A DNA stretch of 64,000 nt from NCBI GenBank assembly GCA_016186955.1, contig JACPKP010000004.1:5942-69941 (forward strand). Direction: 5' to 3'. A program made the position numbers and the translations under genes. Under the pieces are notes generated by a model that was not told the DNA's origin, ran no database searches, and saw only the letters and a list, made by a program, of their open reading frames with translations. This document shows, one piece after another, positions 59,545-64,000 of this stretch; position 1 is the first letter of the stretch, and every line of letters begins with the position of its first letter. Source of the DNA: Candidatus Daviesbacteria bacterium. GTDB taxonomy: Bacteria > Patescibacteriota > Microgenomatia > Daviesbacterales > UBA10151.

Positions 59545-59695
59545 TTTGTGACCCGACTCGGATAATATGCCCTCGCTTCACTCGAGCGAACAACTACCCA
59601 CTATCGTGGTGGCGCAGATCGAATCCTCAAACAGATCAAAAAATTCAAAATGACGGCATGGAGCCGTAATTTTGAATTTGTGACCCGACTCGGAT
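59545..59695. repeat. 19-bp duplication of the tRNA-Lys 3' end (59545-59563, 59677-59695)
   Basis: TTTGTGACCCGACTCGGAT occurs twice. Confidence 0.85.
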
Positions 59696-59752
59696 TCGAA
59701 CCGAGGACCAAAAGCTTAAAAGGCTTCTGCTCTACCGCTGAGCTATCGGGCC
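59681..59752 (-). tRNA. tRNA-Lys(TTT)
   Basis: GGCCCGA/TCGGGTC acceptor, anticodon loop CTTTTAA, GTTCGAATC. Confidence 0.93.
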
Positions 59753-59819
59753 ATTGATAATATTTTACCATTTTAGGCATGGAATAATCCACTTCCGCTG
59801 TAGATTAGAGCCTAGAAGT

Positions 59820-60434
59820 CTATAGAATAGCAACTACTCGAGGTATAAAAGATTTTGTTCCTCTTGTTGTTAATCTAAGTCCATTAGATCCCCTTAATAA
59901 TGAAAAGCCAATATATCTTGTATCTGCAACCTCAATAAATCCTTTATCCTTCGTTACCTCACTGGTAACTAAACATCTTCCCAAAAAATTTATCCAACCT
60001 TCTTGATTAGTAATTTGGTTACCTAAGAAATGATAAGATTGCCCAGTTTCCATTAAAAAGCCTCCTCCAAAATGAGGTATAATGCAAGAACGTAATCTCT
60101 CTTCTGTGGTCTGCAGGCCTGCTAATCCCTTACTAAGCGTTAAATCCATCATTAATAAATGTCCTTTGGCACCATCTAATAAATTAACCCTCGAGTCCAA
60201 AGCTATATTTGCTTGTGTTTCTTCTGCAAAAATTAATATTTTAGGGTCTAATCCTCTAAGAAAATTTTCTCTGGAGACAGGAATCATTTCATCTTTCCCC
60301 AACTGAGCAGGTACATATACATATTTCCTATAAAAAACATTAGCTATTTGAGGGTTTTGCCCAACCACAAATTTTGCAGCCTCTATTGTTGTTGCACCAA
60401 CTAAAGATTCAGACATGCTTGGGTGATTATACAC
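59820..60434 (-). CDS. Hypothetical protein, possibly AEP/primase-like
   Basis: HLLMMD, TGQSYHF and LRLT resemble AEP motifs. Confidence 0.45.
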   Translation of the reverse strand: MYNHPSMSESLVGATTIEAAKFVVGQNPQIANVFYRKYVYVPAQLGKDEMIPVSRENFLRGLDPKILIFAEETQANIALDSRVNLLDGAKGHLLMMDLTLSKGLAGLQTTEERLRSCIIPHFGGGFLMETGQSYHFLGNQITNQEGWINFLGRCLVTSEVTKDKGFIEVADTRYIGFSLLRGSNGLRLTTRGTKSFIPRVVAIL

Positions 60435-60736
60435 GAAAAATCCGACCTTGCGGCCGGATTCATCGAGAACCTGCTTTTTTTTAAAATATCTGCTTGCGCA
60501 TCTATTTTTTTGTTATTTTCTTGCGAATACAACAATAAAAACAGGTAAAATGAACTATACACCTATTTTAATCACTTGTCAACCCCCCAAATTGCTGGTT
60601 GGTGAATTCATTTTGTAGCTTGTTGACAAAGGCGGCTTATTGGTTAAAATCAACCATATGGTAGAAAATATTCAGATAAAAAAGACGGTTTTGCGCCATC
60701 TTACCTGGGATAATTACTTAAGTTTAATTCTTTTTT

Positions 60737-61660
60737 ATGTCCATAGAAGGTAGATGCAGATCGGCAGTTTGTCTTGCAGGATATTTTAAAGATGTCGCCG
60801 CGCTTCATTACTCTGCCAAAAGGAGACTTGGGAAGGATGGGATAATCTGGTACCCTGTCAGCTCTTTTCTTCTTCCGTTTTTTAACCAAGTTGCCGGTAA
60901 AAATATTCCAGAAAATACATATCCGCTTATCTCCTACCTTTGGGAATATGCCAGACAAACAGATGATCTGTTCGATAGATCAACAAAATTCCCCAGTTCG
61001 GATGAAACAGATACGGCGACTGCCTCTGCAAGGGGGAAACTGATAACCGCTATCCAAAAAGCGGAAATTACGGATCTCCAAAAAAATGAGCTGACTGATG
61101 AGATTAGGGAGCTTAGGGAAAGAGTGTATCAAGCTTTTGAGGACCAAAACAATTGGATTAAACAGCCATCTTTTGAAAAAGCATTTAATTACAGAAAAAA
61201 TTCCAGCCTGCTTTTAATGAGAAAAATAGCAGTAATGGGTAATATTCTTGCACTTACATCTGATGAAAGAAAAAAACGGGTTGAAGATTGCCTTGAAGAT
61301 ATAGGGGTTATTATGCAGTTTATAGACGATTTGATGGATGTTGAAGAAGATTCTTTATTGGACGGAAACCTTATACATGCCGTGTTGCATGATGAGGACG
61401 AACAGGAATTATTTACCCGGGCCTTGAGTTTGGCGCCTGATCAGACAGGACTATTTAAGCTGCTGGAGGATTCAGCCCCCAAAACAAAACTTTTTATTTC
61501 AAGGATTATTGCCCAGTCGTTGGCAAATTTGGAAAGTAACTCCTTCAGTGTGGGAATATCGGTCAAGTTCTTTACCGGTTTGCTTTTAAAAAATGTAAAA
61601 ATTTCAAGGCAAAAAAGGGATTTTTTAAGCAAGTTTGCCAATGAGATGCACAGGCTTTAA
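60737..61660 (+). CDS. Isoprenoid/terpene synthase-fold protein
   Basis: Two Asp-rich motifs, QTDDLFD and QFIDDLMD; 5' end uncertain. Confidence 0.6.
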   Translation: MSIEGRCRSAVCLAGYFKDVAALHYSAKRRLGKDGIIWYPVSSFLLPFFNQVAGKNIPENTYPLISYLWEYARQTDDLFDRSTKFPSSDETDTATASARGKLITAIQKAEITDLQKNELTDEIRELRERVYQAFEDQNNWIKQPSFEKAFNYRKNSSLLLMRKIAVMGNILALTSDERKKRVEDCLEDIGVIMQFIDDLMDVEEDSLLDGNLIHAVLHDEDEQELFTRALSLAPDQTGLFKLLEDSAPKTKLFISRIIAQSLANLESNSFSVGISVKFFTGLLLKNVKISRQKRDFLSKFANEMHRL

Positions 61661-61812
61661 GTCAGTTGGAGCGCTTGTTTGAAAGAAAGCCCAGCCTAGC
61701 TGGGCTGAAATCTCACTTTCATGAGACACTCCTTTTTATGGAAGTTTTAAGAGTATAACACACCCTATAGTTGTATGTCAAGGTGGTAGACAAAGGGTAT
61801 ATAATAAGGGAT

Positions 61813-62697
61813 ATGGTTGAGAAAAATAATGGTTTACCGGAAATTTCTGAGAACCTGAAAGTAAAAATTGGCATAATAGGTTATGGAATTGTAGGTATGG
61901 CGCTGGCCGGTGGTTTTAATCAGGACCATATCTCTTACTTTGATAAATACAAACCAAGCCGGCCCTTGGAGAAGGTAGTAAAAGATTCGGAGTTCATATT
62001 TATATGTCTGCCGACCCCGATGTTTGCTGATGAATCAGGTATTGACTTATCAATCATTGAAGAAAATATTGCCAAAATTACCCCCCTTACAAAAAATACC
62101 GACAAGATAATTGTTATAAAATCTACAGTTGTACCCGGGACTACTGAAAAATTTGAGAAGAAGTATCCCAAAAGTAAATTTGCTTTCAACCCTGAATTTT
62201 TAACCGAAGCTAACTCCTTTGATGATTTTAAAAACGCTGACAGAACAATAATCGGGGCTAGCAATAATCTGGTTTCCAGAAGGTTGGCTATGCTATACCA
62301 AATCCGTTTCCCCAAGTCCCGTATTTACCAGACAGACCCGACCAGCGCCGAGATGGTAAAATATATGGCTAATGCTTACCTTGCCACCAAGGTGATTTTT
62401 GCAAACCAGATGGATGCTCTTTGCCAAAGCTTAGGTATAAGATACGAAGAGGTGAAAAAAATGGTGGTGGCAGACCAGAGAATTGAAGATACACATCTTG
62501 ATGTGACAACAGAAAGAGGGTTTGGGGGAAAATGTTTTCCTAAAGATATAGTGGCATTAATTGCTGAAGCAGACAAAAGAGGTGTTGACCTTTCCCTGGT
62601 AAAAGAGGTTTGGAAAATAAATAAGCATATCAGGCAAAAGCATGACTGGGTGGAGATCCCTTTTGCCACCTCAGAAAAAAATGATGAATTGGGTTGA
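61813..62697 (+). CDS. ugd: UDP-glucose/GDP-mannose dehydrogenase (short form)
   Basis: IGYGIVG, ICLPTP, KSTVVPG, NPEFL, GFGGKCFPKD. Confidence 0.88.
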   Translation: MVEKNNGLPEISENLKVKIGIIGYGIVGMALAGGFNQDHISYFDKYKPSRPLEKVVKDSEFIFICLPTPMFADESGIDLSIIEENIAKITPLTKNTDKIIVIKSTVVPGTTEKFEKKYPKSKFAFNPEFLTEANSFDDFKNADRTIIGASNNLVSRRLAMLYQIRFPKSRIYQTDPTSAEMVKYMANAYLATKVIFANQMDALCQSLGIRYEEVKKMVVADQRIEDTHLDVTTERGFGGKCFPKDIVALIAEADKRGVDLSLVKEVWKINKHIRQKHDWVEIPFATSEKNDELG

Positions 62698-63637
62698 CCT
62701 GGTGATTTTAGTTTTGTTGGCGTTTTTTGTGATAGAAGGATTTTCCAAGTCCTTTATTTCAGAGCTGCTGGATTTTTTCTCATTCCTGCTGGCTTTTATA
62801 CTTTCAGTCCGTTTTTATAACCTGCCGGCCCTATTTTTTGAAAATAACTTTCAGATTCCTCATTCCTTGAGCAATGTTTTGGGTTTTGCTACTGCCTGGT
62901 TTTTGGTAGAGACTGTTTTTTTGGGGATTACACCAACCATACTGTTAAAAATTCCCGCGGTTTCAAAAATCAACAAGCTGACAATACTGACAATTATCCC
63001 CTCGCTTTTTAAGGGTTTGGTTTTAGTGACGGTTTTACTGCTTTTGATTGGTACGTTTCCGGTTCAACCGAAGGTCAAAATAGCAGTTGAAGATTCTCAA
63101 ATCGGGTCAAAGATTTTGGGATATGCCAGAAATCTCGAGATGCCCCTTAAAAATATCTTCGGGGGGATTACAACGGATAGCCTGACGTTTTTAACCATCA
63201 AGCCAAAAAGCGATGAAAGGGTTGCTTTGGGTTTTCAGACAGACCAGTTTTATCCCAGTGAGGTTTTGGAAAACCGGATGATCGAACTGGTCAATAAAGA
63301 AAGGGTTAACCAGGGATTTAAGCCGCTTACATTCAATGCTAAATTAAAGGAGGTGGCAAGAAGCCATTCGGCTGATATGTTCAAAAGAGGTTATTTTTCC
63401 CATTACTCACCAGAGGGAAAATCCGTGGCAGAACGGGCTGAAAATTATGGAGTTGAGTATTTGGTGATAGGTGAAAATTTAGCCTATGCGCCAAATTTGG
63501 AACTTGCCCACAGCGGACTGATGAATTCCCCAGGCCACAGGGCCAATATTTTATCCCCTGATTTTAATGAAATAGGGATTGGAATTATGGATGGTGGAGT
63601 TTATGGGCTGATGGTGACTCAGGTGTTTACTAATTAA
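62684..63637 (+). CDS. CvpA-like membrane domain fused to CAP/SCP domain
   Basis: MNWVDLVIL.. TM region; LVNKER..ARSHSADM..YFSH..GENLA..MNSPGHRANIL. Confidence 0.88.
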   Translation: MNWVDLVILVLLAFFVIEGFSKSFISELLDFFSFLLAFILSVRFYNLPALFFENNFQIPHSLSNVLGFATAWFLVETVFLGITPTILLKIPAVSKINKLTILTIIPSLFKGLVLVTVLLLLIGTFPVQPKVKIAVEDSQIGSKILGYARNLEMPLKNIFGGITTDSLTFLTIKPKSDERVALGFQTDQFYPSEVLENRMIELVNKERVNQGFKPLTFNAKLKEVARSHSADMFKRGYFSHYSPEGKSVAERAENYGVEYLVIGENLAYAPNLELAHSGLMNSPGHRANILSPDFNEIGIGIMDGGVYGLMVTQVFTN

Positions 63638-63674
63638 TCCTAAAAGTGTAAAGTGCAAAGTGAAAAATAAGTCT

Positions 63675-64000
63675 ATGTTAAGCGCTAACCAGGTTAAGCT
63701 GATCATAGTCAGTGTTATTACCCTCACTTTAAGCGGGTTCTTATTTTATCAAGGGTTAAAGCCCCAAAGTACAACCTCACAGGATAAAGAAAGCAAAATA
63801 TCCCAGGGGCAAAAGGCTGGCCAGACTGGTACCAAAGAGGGACAGGATGCTTCAGGATCTGCAGAAGGGCAAAACCTGGTTACAGTGTCAAGGGTGGTTG
63901 ATGGGGATACAATCGAGGTGGTATATTTGGGCCAGGCCAGGAAATTAAGGTATATCGGTGTAAACACCCCGGAGACTGTTGACCCCAGAAGGCCGGTGCA
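63675..64000 (+). CDS. Thermonuclease (SNase) family protein, runs off window end
   Basis: Manual translation: VSRVVDGDTIEV..RYIGVNTPET. Confidence 0.88.
   Translation, partial: MLSANQVKLIIVSVITLTLSGFLFYQGLKPQSTTSQDKESKISQGQKAGQTGTKEGQDASGSAEGQNLVTVSRVVDGDTIEVVYLGQARKLRYIGVNTPETVDPRRPV

Noticed and set aside
61685-61790. Minus-strand promoter, SD and MKVRFQPS* (rpmJ-like start)
   Set aside because: Only 8 codons running into a terminator; the four-residue match is not enough to call a gene.

Overview
AT-rich bacterial chromosome segment. Gene content and style suggest a Patescibacteria/CPR (Microgenomates-like) genome; this is inference. It holds a surface-polysaccharide cluster (0.6-11.6 kb), six tRNA genes, a housekeeping block (polX, lemA, htpX, gatCAB, dnaE, rplS, rnhB, yraN, typA) and an Eco47II-like R-M/Vsr/RadC defence patch. 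Much of the accessory DNA sits at tRNA 3' ends. Main observations: (1) Downstream of tRNA-Asp, unrelated cargo genes are separated by five exactly 68-bp repeats. Four end in the tRNA's 3' CCCGC and all encode one conserved peptide on the minus strand, which looks like an integrase-less cassette array built by serial integration. (2) A 5.35-kb serine-recombinase element at tRNA-Gly has readable att half-sites, with attP inside the recombinase gene. (3) A GIY-YIG gene sits between tRNA-Asp and a pseudo-tRNA copy whose anticodon arm is replaced by a palindrome. (4) hicBA and rhuM are inserted in the same way, with duplication of the neighbouring gene's 5' end. (5) Short palindromes and 7-mer repeats are inserted in frame in core genes, and one coincides with a gatB frameshift. 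(6) There are several candidate structured RNA leaders and small RNAs.
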